A stretch of 64,000 nt of DNA from NCBI RefSeq assembly GCF_964355755.1, contig NC_092679.1, positions 21,001,432-21,065,431 of the forward strand. Reading direction: 5' to 3'. The first letter of the stretch is position 1. Every line of letters begins with the position of its first letter. The notes beneath the pieces are model-generated. The model worked only from the letters and a program-made list of their open reading frames with translations, had not been told where the DNA came from and searched no databases. This DNA is from Antedon mediterranea. Its lineage: Eukaryota; Animalia; Echinodermata. Below are positions 39,736-51,806 of this stretch, piece after piece. The translations under genes and the position numbers were made by a program.

Positions 39736-41286
39736 AAAAATAACGAAAAGGATATGAAAAAAGGAAGAAAAATACATGGCCAAAAAAACTCAACTATTAA
39801 TGCTTGTAGTTAAAAAAAGAAAAGAAAAAACATGCCCCACTAGCCCCCATCAGTTATGGGCACTGAAGGATGAGTTTTCAATAATTATTCAAGTAAGTAA
39901 ATCTAAAAACTGTAATGTTTAAATATATTCGGTCCTTTCAAAACTAATCTAATTTCATAACTACATTTTTGGAAACTTTGGGATAAATATAAAATAATAT
40001 ATACCATTTTGTGTTAAGAACACTTCCGATAACGATATAGTATTCATACCGTTTTATCGTTACGAAGAACAAAACCGGTAAGGAAAACCATTGAGAGATA
40101 AGGTAGCTTATTTCTACATGGTACAACAGAATAATTGATTATATAGATTGCCAGAGAGGTACTTTCAAAAAGTACCTTAAAAAGATGTTATCATACAAAA
40201 ATATTTCTTGCATTTGTTTCGATTGGAAAGACAAAGAATACAGAAACAGAAAAATGCAATAGCGCGGGTCGATACCCTTCAAAAGTTTCTGGCAAAATAA
40301 AAATTGAGTGTAATTAAAGCTGACTACATACAAAGTATACCATTACTACATACTCTTATTTACATTTACCTTTGACTGTAACTTTGTCTGAACTAATGAA
40401 CCTGCAAACATGATGTGACGTTATGTAAAAGCACACCAGCTGAGTTAAAACGCGTTGGAGAAAGTTAAAACGCGTTGGAGCAAGTTGACGCGTTTTGATG
40501 TAAACGGCATCGTCAATGAAAATTTGATGATTTACTAATAGCATTGTTTTTTCATTACATATATTGTATTATCTATTGTTATTTTGAGTTATTGTTTTTC
40601 TTTTCAATTTCTCTCCATTCTTAAAGACTGTTCTGAATAAATTGCAAAAATATTATTGTAAACTCTGAGTGAACGTCAGCTCATTTCGCGCGCTTTTTAT
40701 TTTGATTACTTCAATAAATCACGGAGAATGTAAATGGTAGGAAGGCCTACTGTATTAAACTATTTCCGGGGTGATGCAGTGATGTTTGAATTGTCTATCA
40801 ATGATCTAGCAAGCAAGCTTTAAATGTAAAATTCCTAGAAGAGTTTGTTTTTTTATATTAATTAGGTATATGAACATTGTACTATGATGTGCCAATCATT
40901 CCACCCTTAACGATACGATAACTTTTTCCAGAAAAAATGGTCCATAGAAGCTCAATAAATCAACTTTAAACAAAGAAAGAGAGATAGAAATAAACATTTT
41001 TAATGTTAACATGGTAATTCTGAGAAAAAGTTACAAAATACACAAGCGAAACTACTATTGCATTACTATCTTCAGGGTCAGATGCCTAATAATTCCTCTT
41101 AATTGTACACTTTTCATTGAAAATAATAATTTGGTCTTTTAAATTATTTTGTTTCTAGACTTTCAGTATCTTAATGTTTTTAAAAACGCATTAATGTTTT
41201 TATCATCAATTTCTAACGATCCTCTTTGGAAAACAATGGTTTCTCTTGTTTAACCTGTGATACATAATGTTATCTCATTTAAATTA

Positions 41287-41426
41287 ATCTTGGTTCCCCA
41301 TTGGGCGCAACTTATACGCGCAACACGATCAATCACGTGGCAGGCGACGGTCATCCGAACAGTCGTTTTTAATTGGTCAAATATTTTAGGTTGCGCGCAT
41401 GCACTGCGTCCTAGTAGAAGCAACGT
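41287..41426. mobile_element. MITE family B copy, highly diverged
   Basis: TCTTGGTTCCCCA...GCGACGGTCATCCGAACAGTCG...ATTGGTCAA...TGCGTCCTAGTAGAAGCAA. Confidence 0.65.
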
Positions 41427-42896
41427 TTACAGAAAGGGTTCTCACAATCCATTCTATAATCTCTTTTTCAATACTGATTTAATCCGAAATTAATTTTGAA
41501 CAATTTGCTTTTGTACTTTATTATTATTTCAATCATTGAAACCTGAAGACGCCAAATTAATGTCAAAATTCTTCCAACAGAAAAGAATTCGATTAAGTTC
41601 AACGATCTTTTACGTATTTTGTCTTAATTTTTCTGTTTGTGATTATTATTCATTCTTGTGTCGCAGTGCAATATAATATAGTTTTACAGACTCTCAATTT
41701 GATACTAAAGTACTTTCATTACCAACAAAAATCATTGTTGACTTAAGATAACAGATCAATGCATATATAGTGTATTCAAATACCCATTAATATCCTAATG
41801 TTTTGCGTATATCAGCGTGCCACACATTGCCACCTGTTGATTTTACGTATGTTACTTTCAGAGTAAACAGCATAAACCATTTATAGAATACTGCATTTAT
41901 ATGCAAACATGTATTTTCGATACGCTGAGGCTAAAGTTCTAGGTTTACACAGTTTTAATGATCGCTTTGTTAGTTTAGCCTATTATGGTAACAATATAAT
42001 TATGCATACACGAGTCACATTAAATAACATGCTTTGTTTTCTTATAAGGATATAGGCCTACGCATACTTATTATGTTTGTTTGGTTGTAGATATACAATC
42101 ATAAATCTCTATCTTTCAGCTGGTGAATTTCCACGCTTTTTATTGCGTTGATTTTAATAAAGGCATATGTTTTTGTACTTTTTTACTGTATTGTACTGTA
42201 TCGTATTTAGAGTAATACATACCACTTAATAATAAGTAATACGTATACTATTGTGATTGGTAAGAGAGAAGTGGAACCCGTTCTTCAAGAAATATGTAAC
42301 AACATGTTTGTCAGCACTCGGCCGGCAATTTTTAAACTCTACAAATGGACGGGTTATTTTGCCAAGCCGAATTATATCGAATATGAGGAACTCCACTATT
42401 AACTTGTGTACTACCAAAACAGAACGCTCTCAACAACGAACTTTGAACAAATTACATTTTCCTTTTTGATTCTAGTTAGAACATTAAATTTATTGCATAA
42501 TGTAACCAATTAATATTTGATAGAATACATCCTCAGAAAATTAACGTGCAAATTTATTCTATAACTTCAATATTGTGTCAGAATATATATTGCTAGTAGG
42601 GACCATTAGCACAATTAATGCTGTAACCTCTTTCCTCAAACGCTAGTTTTTCTATAACAGTTTGTAAGTACGGAAATATCTACTTCCTTTTAGATACTCC
42701 GTTGAATTGTCACCGGCAACAACATCTCAAATCGACAGTACTGGGATACTCCCCTGACTGAAACGTTGATAGCATAAGAATAAAGCTTGATTCCCACTAG
42801 GACGCAACGCAAGGTCGTAGATGCAACGCTAGCAAGCTGACCTATCACAAGCGATTGTTCGAATAATCCAGCGCTTGTGATTGGTCGAATCACTAA

Positions 42897-43143
42897 AGCG
42901 TGGTTCCCACTAGCGACGCAACGCAAGGACGTAAAGCAACGCAAGTGAATTGACCAATCACAAGCGATGGCTTATTCGCTTGTGATTGCTAACTGTCTAT
43001 AAATGCGCCTTGAGCACTCTTGAGTGGTTTGTGCGCTATAAAAATCCTGTTATTATTATTATTATTATAACTTCGCTTGTCATTGGTTAAAACGCTTGCG
43101 TTGCGTTTACGTCCTTGCGTTACGTTCTAGTGGGAACCAAGCT
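42897..43143. mobile_element. MITE family B, inner nested copy
   Basis: TAA|AGCGTGGTTCCCACTAG ... CTAGTGGGAACCAAGCT|TTA, inserted in the right half of the outer copy. Confidence 0.9.
43003..43065 (+). mobile_element. L2-type LINE/SINE 3' end insertion with TATAA TSD
   Basis: GCGCCTTGAGCAC...GTGCGCTATAAAAAT...(TAT)n flanked by TATAA at 42998-43002 and 43066-43070. Confidence 0.8.
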
Positions 43144-46100
43144 TTACGCTGCGTTACGTACTTGCATTGCGTCTCTAGTGGAAACCAAGCTTAACCCTGC
43201 ATTAACTACCAATTGTGATGGAAATTCGTTAGTTCTAATTTACTACAACCAAAATTACACAGTAGTTCAGTATTACGTTTAAAAGTTCTTAGATTAATGT
43301 GTTTGGTTCCATGATTTAAGTTCGTTATGAGGAGAGTTAAAAAAAAAATCTTCTTTACTTTCCATAAAACTTTCGATTTTCTTTAAACATTTTGAGCTAT
43401 GAGGAGACAAGAAACGAAAGGGACAAATGATCCAGTTTTAATCTGTGATGGTTTGTAAAGAATAACATCAATGGAATGATGATATTCAACCTGGAAAGTC
43501 TTTAAAACTTCTAATTGTAATTTTTGATCTTGTATAATTAAAAATAACAAAGCAAAACAAAAATATTGAATTGAACATTGAAAGAATATTGTGGTTCTCT
43601 GTGTTGTGTTTGCTTTCTCCGGCAGACAACAGCCTGGTAAAGTCGATTTTAATTTGTTTTAAAAGTTGCCTTAACAAAGAGAAAGGGGGATGAAAGTATT
43701 CCGACATATGAAAGTAAAATATACCATGAATTTAACTTAAATAATAGAAACAAGGAAATGGAAAACACTTAATTTTAATAAGCTATTATTTTAAGATATC
43801 GTGTGCTCTATAAAAACTAATTAAGTGTAGTTGTTTTTAAATAAACCTTTAATTAATATCCAATTCAAGTCTCGTAAAACTTTGAGATATACTTTAACTT
43901 TCTTTCTTTGCTTTAATAAAGAAAGTAGTAAAGTTATGTACATATGATGTAATAACACGCGTAGACCACATCTGTGTCAACTTTATTTCTTAAACGTTTA
44001 TTTAGATAATTAAAAAAAACCATGATATTATAAAAAAAGAAAGCATTATTATAATGGACCCCATTGTCTCACAGGGCCCAAAAAGAAATGCGTAATAAAA
44101 TACAACAGCAATAATAAATTAGATTTGAAAAAATATAAAAATGAAAAAGAATATGAATATTAATTAAGAACAATTGATTCTTCGTGATTATTAGACTCTA
44201 TGCACAATGTACAATTTTTATCTTGGAACAATAAATATTAACATAGTGCTTCATCCAGATTTTTTTTTAATGTGGCTCATGCTTAAAATATAGTAAATAA
44301 ATAAAGTGTCTGTTTTAATATGTACATAGTTTTGTTAGTCCGCCTATGGAATCATGGGATACTGTGACCAATAACAGTGAAAATAGTTGTTTTTTTTGTA
44401 ATGAGTTTTCCATGTTGAGGTACATACTCCATCAGTGAGTTACTTTTTGTGTACTATTTTGCTGAAATCATAAATATTATTATCCAAATTATATGAAAAT
44501 GTTGTTTTTGCGATACCAGCAGTTTTACAGTAGCCTACGCTATTTTAGATACAAAATATTTATATTATTTGAATCAAGTAATTGTGGTCTAAACAGGTTT
44601 AAAAATTCGGAAGCTTTCAGTTAAAATAATAAAACACTTATTAATATATTATAACTTTATAATTATATTTCACACATGATTTATGAGGTTACTTGAAATG
44701 GTGTAAAATTAATCAACTAATATTTGTATTTCATATACTGCAAATAGTTACTTTACAACATAAAAAACAAGAGAAAATCATTGACTTACTTTCTTTAAAA
44801 GCGTCACGGCAGAATGTAGGTCTAACTAATCGGTAATGGCCGGCAAGGATGGCTACGAGTCCCCAAGCCTAACACATTCACATAAGCTACCGCGACAGCA
44901 AGGCAGCACGGAGTCGAACGGGAACACTATATCTGCTAACTATTTCAAACTGTAGGTGGCGACGCCTATCAACTTAGAAATGCTAATAAAGAAATCGAAC
45001 GCAATTGGACAAATAGGAACCAGCAAACTTAGTACTTAGTTAGTTATATATTTCCTGCAGTCGTATACAATATAACCATTTATTATTATAAAGTAAACCT
45101 GATTTTTCTTCTTCGTTTCAACAAACGAAAAATTGTGATCATAAATAGGCTATGCCTCATTAACAGAAATAAATATAGCAAATTTTTCTTTTAGACTTCT
45201 TACAATAATCTGGAATAAAGAAAGCAGAGTATCCATAATGCCACTGTGAAGTAATTTGTCGTTTTTGTAGAGGTAATTAACGGGTTGCAAACTGGTATAA
45301 CCATTTTCTTTCCCTGGGCTAAATCTCATACGTCTACCTCATTTGCATAATAAAACTTTATTGGAAATAGAGGGCGGTAGAGTGAATCGGGTCATCATAC
45401 TTGGTACTATGTTGAATTAAACATTTTTTTTGTTCAACTGTTCCAGATTTGTGGGCTTGGTTTCCCTAATGAAACAGCGTGTTTTGTTTCTGTTAATATT
45501 ATCGCATGTCTAATGTACGGTAAACTAAATGTAGAGCAGATTCTATTAATTTTACAAAAAAGAGAGTTAATACTATCATTGAAGGGGGGGGGGGGGGGAG
45601 GATTTTTGACATTGTGGTTCACACATAAATAGCCTACAGTAGGACAGTTAAAGAATATTTACTTTCTCGAATTAGATTAATTTTTCATTGTTTTTGTTTT
45701 AGTACATACTTGACAACGATGATCAATATGTTTATAATGTGCTGCCGCAAACTTCTAAAATTAACTAAATCTTACGTCTACTTGTTGTATTCACTTTTTG
45801 GTGGAAACAAGTTTTCTTTTATTTTTGTGTGTGAAATGTCCCCTCATATTAGTTTCCATTTCAGCAAAGTACTCCTTTAAGTGTAATCACTTATTAAGAT
45901 AAAATACGCCATGTCCAACTGTATTTGTGTATTGTAAAACAAACTATAATTTAGCAACTTGCTCGCTTCCAGCATAATTCATCTCATTGTGTTCTCCATG
46001 CAATCTGACAGGTTTGGCCGATTCTTTACTAAGTTCCTGATCGCTGGCGAATCATTTACTTTAATTTGCTCGAACACTCGGTAAATAACAATAATTGAAA

Positions 46101-48004
46101 TTTAAAGCTAGCTTGTCGAAAGTAATATTTTAAGAAAATAATCGAGCACTTACTTGGATGAAAATTACACTTTGAATAATAACAAGACTCAACAGACAGT
46201 CAAACGGTAAAGATTGTTCATTGATATCTACACATCTTGTGTTTTAAGCGTATTTATATAGGGATTATGCTGTTTAAAAGCGTAATGATAAATAAGTGTT
46301 TAGAAATATAGATGGAAAATCCGGATTATCACTTGTTTTAGCTGTTTCTAACGGAAAGAGAGAAACGCGAAAACGCCCAGCGATGATACATAACAATGTT
46401 AATGCATGTTTTCCACTAGGCGAATATGTTAGGCCTATATTATTTACGCGAATCGAACATTCTTTATTACGTGCTTTTGCTCTGATCATGGAAATATAAT
46501 ATTATAGTTTTATGCTTTGAATGATTGCGCATTTTTCGCGTCTAAGAAATGGATGGAAGTTATGAAGAATATACGCATGCGCATTATAGATAACGCTTTC
46601 GATTCGCGCGAACAATTTTGTATAGTGTAAAACAGGCTTTAGCCTATAGCAAAGAAGATTGCCGTTGATGTTGAATTGTTTAGTTGTGAATGATTGAAAC
46701 AATTTTTTTTAAAAGTTTTTTAATTTTATTTTTGTTGTTCTTCTTTGTTTCTTTTTAATGTGACCAAAATGTAATTAGTGTTTAATAATTAAACCATATA
46801 TGTTTTCTCAACATCTAAATTGTACTATTATTTGTATTAAGTTTTTCGTAGTTTCAATAGGCTCCTATTGATATGCCAATAGTTTGGTTGATCTTGTTAA
46901 TTTGTTTAAATTATTATGTAATTTTCCTTACGTCACTCTAGGCCTACACTTGCCCTGCATTAACGAGTGAAGTTAATTTAAGTTTTCTTTAACGATAAAA
47001 CAAAAATGAATAATCTTTTTATAGTTGGTAAGGTTTTTTTCTTTATTGCATTTAGTTATTTTATACGGTATAGAAATATGATAAATTAAATTTTAACCCA
47101 CCTGATCATAGGCCTAAATTCTTTCTTTTCCACAATAATATCCCCTTTTCTCCAACAATTACACGACCTTTTTGGTGTCTTTGTTCCCGTTAGTTCATCA
47201 GGGAAATCATTTTGTGAATTTCAGATCGTAAAGTGTCAATTGAATTGGAAAACATTGGTGTTTTCTTGCACGTCCCCTCATTGTGTCCTTGGCAGGCAAA
47301 TCAACCCTATTTTATCCCACTAGTGTTGTAACATAAAGTAGGTTACACGGGACCTATGTTTGTTAGCCGTAATAATTGCGTTCTCCCAAAGCGCCTCTGG
47401 ATAACAAGGCCTGAATTCGGTAGTTGTTGATTCGCGGTAGAGTTATTACTAGGCGAATAAATATTTTTACCTTGAAATGAATTATAAATCAAAAGAAGAT
47501 TATGGGAAACAAATTTTGGAATGAGAATTTAAACTATATACTATTTTCAATGTGATTTTAATTATGAAATAGTATACGATTTTAGTAAGATATATTTTTT
47601 ACTTAAAATAAAATTCGTTCATTTGGAAAATATTAAAATTAATTAAACATTGTGGAAATGCATAAGCAAAAGAAACTAAAGGCGACCAAAGACATTATTA
47701 AAATGACTTTTTTTCATATATAACAAAAAAATTATTGAAATGACTGGATTTAAAAACCAAGGATAACGTATTCTATTTTGTAAAATAATGTAGAAAAAAA
47801 TATAACTAGATAGTATAGGCCTACAAATAGTATATTTTTAATATTTTTTAAACAAATTATTTTTTATTATATTGTTACTATTAAAATTAGTTTAATTACT
47901 ATTAGGAGAGATGGAGAGAAAGAGTTTTCTTAAACATCATTTCCATTAACGATAAAATAATCTTTTTATAGTTGGTAAGGTTTAATTGGATGTAGTTAAG
48001 TTCT

Positions 48005-48080
48005 TCTGGGGCCCCATATATTTCATGTTATGGTGACTCGGTTGCTTTTGGGGTCCCGGGACATGATGTCGAATAAATAA
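48005..48080 (+). mobile_element. Possible LINE 3' tail fragment
   Basis: GGGGCCCCA...TGGGGTCCC stem followed by GAATAAATAA. Confidence 0.3.
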
Positions 48081-51000
48081 GTGAAAGAAACTTGTAGACA
48101 TAAACCCTGTAAATATATTAATGATGAAATAAGTGATTATAATTGATACTTAAAACTAGTTTGACCCTTTATTCCTGGGAAGGGTTCTTTTCTAAAAAGA
48201 TGTCACAGAAAGTGTTAACTTAGATAAAGATATGCATTTTGAAAGGACTAAAATAAGAAGCTTATTGAAATGCGGTAAATAAAGTGTCTCTTTAACTATG
48301 TAATAAAGGAGTCAACGCCTAAAAATGTAGTTCACACCGATAAGTGTTTGCGCCCTTCGGGTAGTATGGCACGCCGGGGAATAATATCCGAATCCAGTTT
48401 GAATCTGCCATCAGCCTCTACGTGGTCTATTTCTCCACAAACAATCTCATCATTGAAGGAATTAATCAAAATTGGCCAAAAACAATTTATACAATTTTGC
48501 ATCTACGATGACAGCAACGATTATCGAATCCAAAATCAACGCAGACACCATGTGCCGTTTGATTATAGTTAAAAACACGTAGTTTGAGAGTTATTATACC
48601 TAGAAGCAACTTGCACCAATTGGTCTTTGGCATCATAACCCTTTAGTTATTCATGGAATAATTGCTGGACATAATTGACATGTGAATTATCGATTGGAAA
48701 AAATGATAGATGTTCTCCTTTTATAAATCTCAATTTTAATGAGGATATAAGCCAACACGTCTTAATCGTCTTCACAAAAAAAGTGATGGCATTTGCTAAT
48801 ATTTCAAACCAGTATGCTCACTATTTCACATCTAGAGTATGCCATAATTTATCAAAAAGAATAAGACACATAAGAATAGAATAAGACAAGAATAAACATA
48901 TACAAAATATACATGTGGTCATTATGATGACGTCAGGGAATTGGGGGATGTGTCAATATTTTCTGTTTGGTAAGTCACTGGAGATGAAATGCAATCACAA
49001 AATGGGTTACCTCTAAGTAAATAGTTTGGTTCTAGTCGTAGGAAGTTTCTTGAAATTTGCTGTAACGATGAAATTCAGATTGGTGTGTTCATCGTTCGTA
49101 TTACCGAAGCGTGGTTTTGATTGGATGATGTTGTTAACAGGAAGGGTCTTTATTAGGAATAGGGCCTACTCTCAGTATTTATTTCCGAATAATCCTTTTT
49201 ATACATATTTTCAACTATAGCTCATTTCAATTGATATATAATAGTTTCAACTACAGTATAGCTCACTTTTTCTTTAGAAGTTCATTTATGCAAATTGTTT
49301 ATTTTGTCTTTTTTGTCACGTGAGTGCAATAAGGGCAAATAACTTTCCTACGAGAATTCCTGTATGACTCCGGAAGTTTTGTAAACTACAGTAGATGTTT
49401 TGGCCACTTTCCGTTTATGTAATTATTAGATCAACGTACTTTAGTCAAGGTCCTTACAAACCGGAGGTCAGGCAATGACCCCTGTCTATATACTTATAAA
49501 CCAGCCGTCCAGAGAGAGAGAAGTCCGTCGTGATAGCCTTTACAGCCCACTAACCCAGATTTCGTTGTCATCTTCAATTTCGTGATTTTCCGAGGGTATA
49601 AAGCGTGTTATTATGCCAGTTAGAGGTGCGACCTGATTCTGGAAATAAATATTTGATGCTCATTTATTAACCTAGATTCTAAAAAGTAGTGTAGCCTCTA
49701 GTTATGAATGACCACGTTTCTCTACTTTTAAAGGAACCAATTACAACACAGAGAAAATTAAAACAAGTAAAAAGGGCCAGTTGTAATTTAAGAAGTATAT
49801 AAAAAAAAGAAACATTCTAAAAGTTCACTAACATACAATTACTTTCTAAGGTGTGGTAACTGTCGAAATGTTGCACATTAGTTAACACGTGGCGGATATT
49901 TAATCGACATGCCATAGCAAGATGGTGTTGTGTACGTACTTATGTATTAATGTTACTAAGTTGCGATCTGCCTAGTCATGTTTTAGTGTAGTAATAAAAC
50001 CGCTTAATGTTCCTCAACTATTACACCATCACTGGTAGATCTATGCTAAGAAAACCCTTTGGAAATACCATCAATTAATTAGCCCGATACTTAACGGCCA
50101 AACATGATGAACTGAAATAAAAATTAAAAAACTGAAATGAAACTCAAACACACGGCTGAGTTCATAGACCTCAACTAATAATATTAATAATCATTAATGT
50201 TGATGTGGAAAGTGACATTTGTATTGAGGCGCATATAAAAATGGTGTCTATTGAAAACGATCTAGAATGAGATCATATTTTGGTTTTGTTTTGATAGGCT
50301 GTATAAATATGATAGTATGAATTCGGAAAATTTTGCTCACAATAACAGAACTTTTGTGTAACAATCCTTGAAACTTTCGAAAATTAGATATAAGTATAAA
50401 CAATTATTACAAATGACACAGATACTTGACTCATATTTCCAAGAAATTGAACAACTAGTATCTCTTGTTAGTAACAGATAAAAAAATAGTTATTTTTACA
50501 AATTGTCTGCACAATTTAACAAACATTTACCACACGACCAGGCGTACGCCGCCATGGGGAAACATGCTGATCTGCACGCGCTGCTTACCGATACCTAGAA
50601 AAGTTTCACCCGCCTACGGGTTAAACAAAAATATACCATGTCTTGATTTACGGGTTGATCTGATTTTGTTTGTCGGTCAATATACTTTGTAGGCTTGGTC
50701 CAAGAGTTTGCCACCTGACCAATGCCTCAGACCACCGGACATTGGTGAAACTGATGATGGACGAATCTCTGTGGCTTGGGGGTTAGGTTTGGGGTTTTAA
50801 ATGAATAATATGAAGTCATGTTTAACTAAAGGCACCAGTTATTTGATTTGATTAATATTGTAGACGAATTCAAACTGACTTTCAATTAATCATTTTATTT
50901 AAAAAAAGAAGATAGGCCTAAACATAGACCCAATGAGACCCCAACACTCAGTCACAATCCAATAAGTTACAGTTAAAATTTATTTCTAGACCCAAGCTAA

Positions 51001-51646
51001 ACATCAATATTTCCAAGCAACCTACAGTAGCTTGTTTTGAAGAAATTGGAAATAAAAAAATTAAAATTTCTTTTATTTATTATAGTATAGGGACTATTGT
51101 AAAGATAAATATAAGTAATAAAATAGTATTACATGACAGTGATAACTATATTTTTGTTTTTTTAAAGTTTTAGATGTAGAGAAATTTAGAAAAAGTTGGA
51201 TAAAACAGAAAAGGAATATAAACGTATATATATTTTTACGAACATACAATTAATTCATTAAATTGTTTTGATCAAATCTTATGAAAGTTAGGAGGTTAAG
51301 AAGTTAATAAACAACAATACATGTATTACATTATTGTATTGATCATTTGAAGATGTCAATGCCACGAAAGGAAAAAGTTTAGTAACTGTTTCTGATTGGT
51401 AAAAATTTAGTTTAAAACTTTTTTGAAACGAAATAATATTCCAAAAGAACAACTTCGTTTAGTTTGTAGAAATTGAATGGTTAAGTTACAGAGTATCCAA
51501 TTGAATTAATAGTTATTTGCCTAACTTGAAATGTGAAAGTTATATAAACCAAATGACAACTGACACCTGTCAATCAAATTATGATACGTGGTGTCAATAT
51601 ATTAAACAAGTTTATGACAACTTCAACCCATCTGTTTCCTCTCTAA

Positions 51647-51806
51647 AGCCCTGTCTACACTATCAAACTTTATGTGACAAATGATGTGCCCATATATGGA
51701 CATGATTATGTCATATCACTACCATATTTGGGCATATCACAACCATATTTAGGCACATCGCACTTTTTTTTTGTCGTCAAAGTAGTATGATAGTGTAGAT
51801 AGAACT
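51647..51806 (-). mobile_element. MITE family A, full length
   Basis: TAA|AGCCCTGTCTACACTATCAAAC...TGATAGTGTAGATAGAACT|TTA. Confidence 0.9.

Larger units (their letters stand above)
42784..43191. mobile_element. MITE family B, outer copy (host of nested insertions)
   Basis: TAA|AGCTTGATTCCCACTAG ... CTAGTGGAAACCAAGCT|TAA. Confidence 0.9.

Noticed and set aside
41536-41577. Second hammerhead-like motif CTGAAGA-C-GCCA-AATTAA-TGTC-AAAA-TTC
   Set aside because: GAAA is missing, stem II has a mismatch and stem I is out of register; too degenerate to support without a family consensus.
42690-42944. 84-aa ORF and other Cys/Arg-rich ORFs over repeats (17367, 33418, 41257, 62262)
   Set aside because: They overlap MITE or family-C repeat sequence and have no recognisable protein features.
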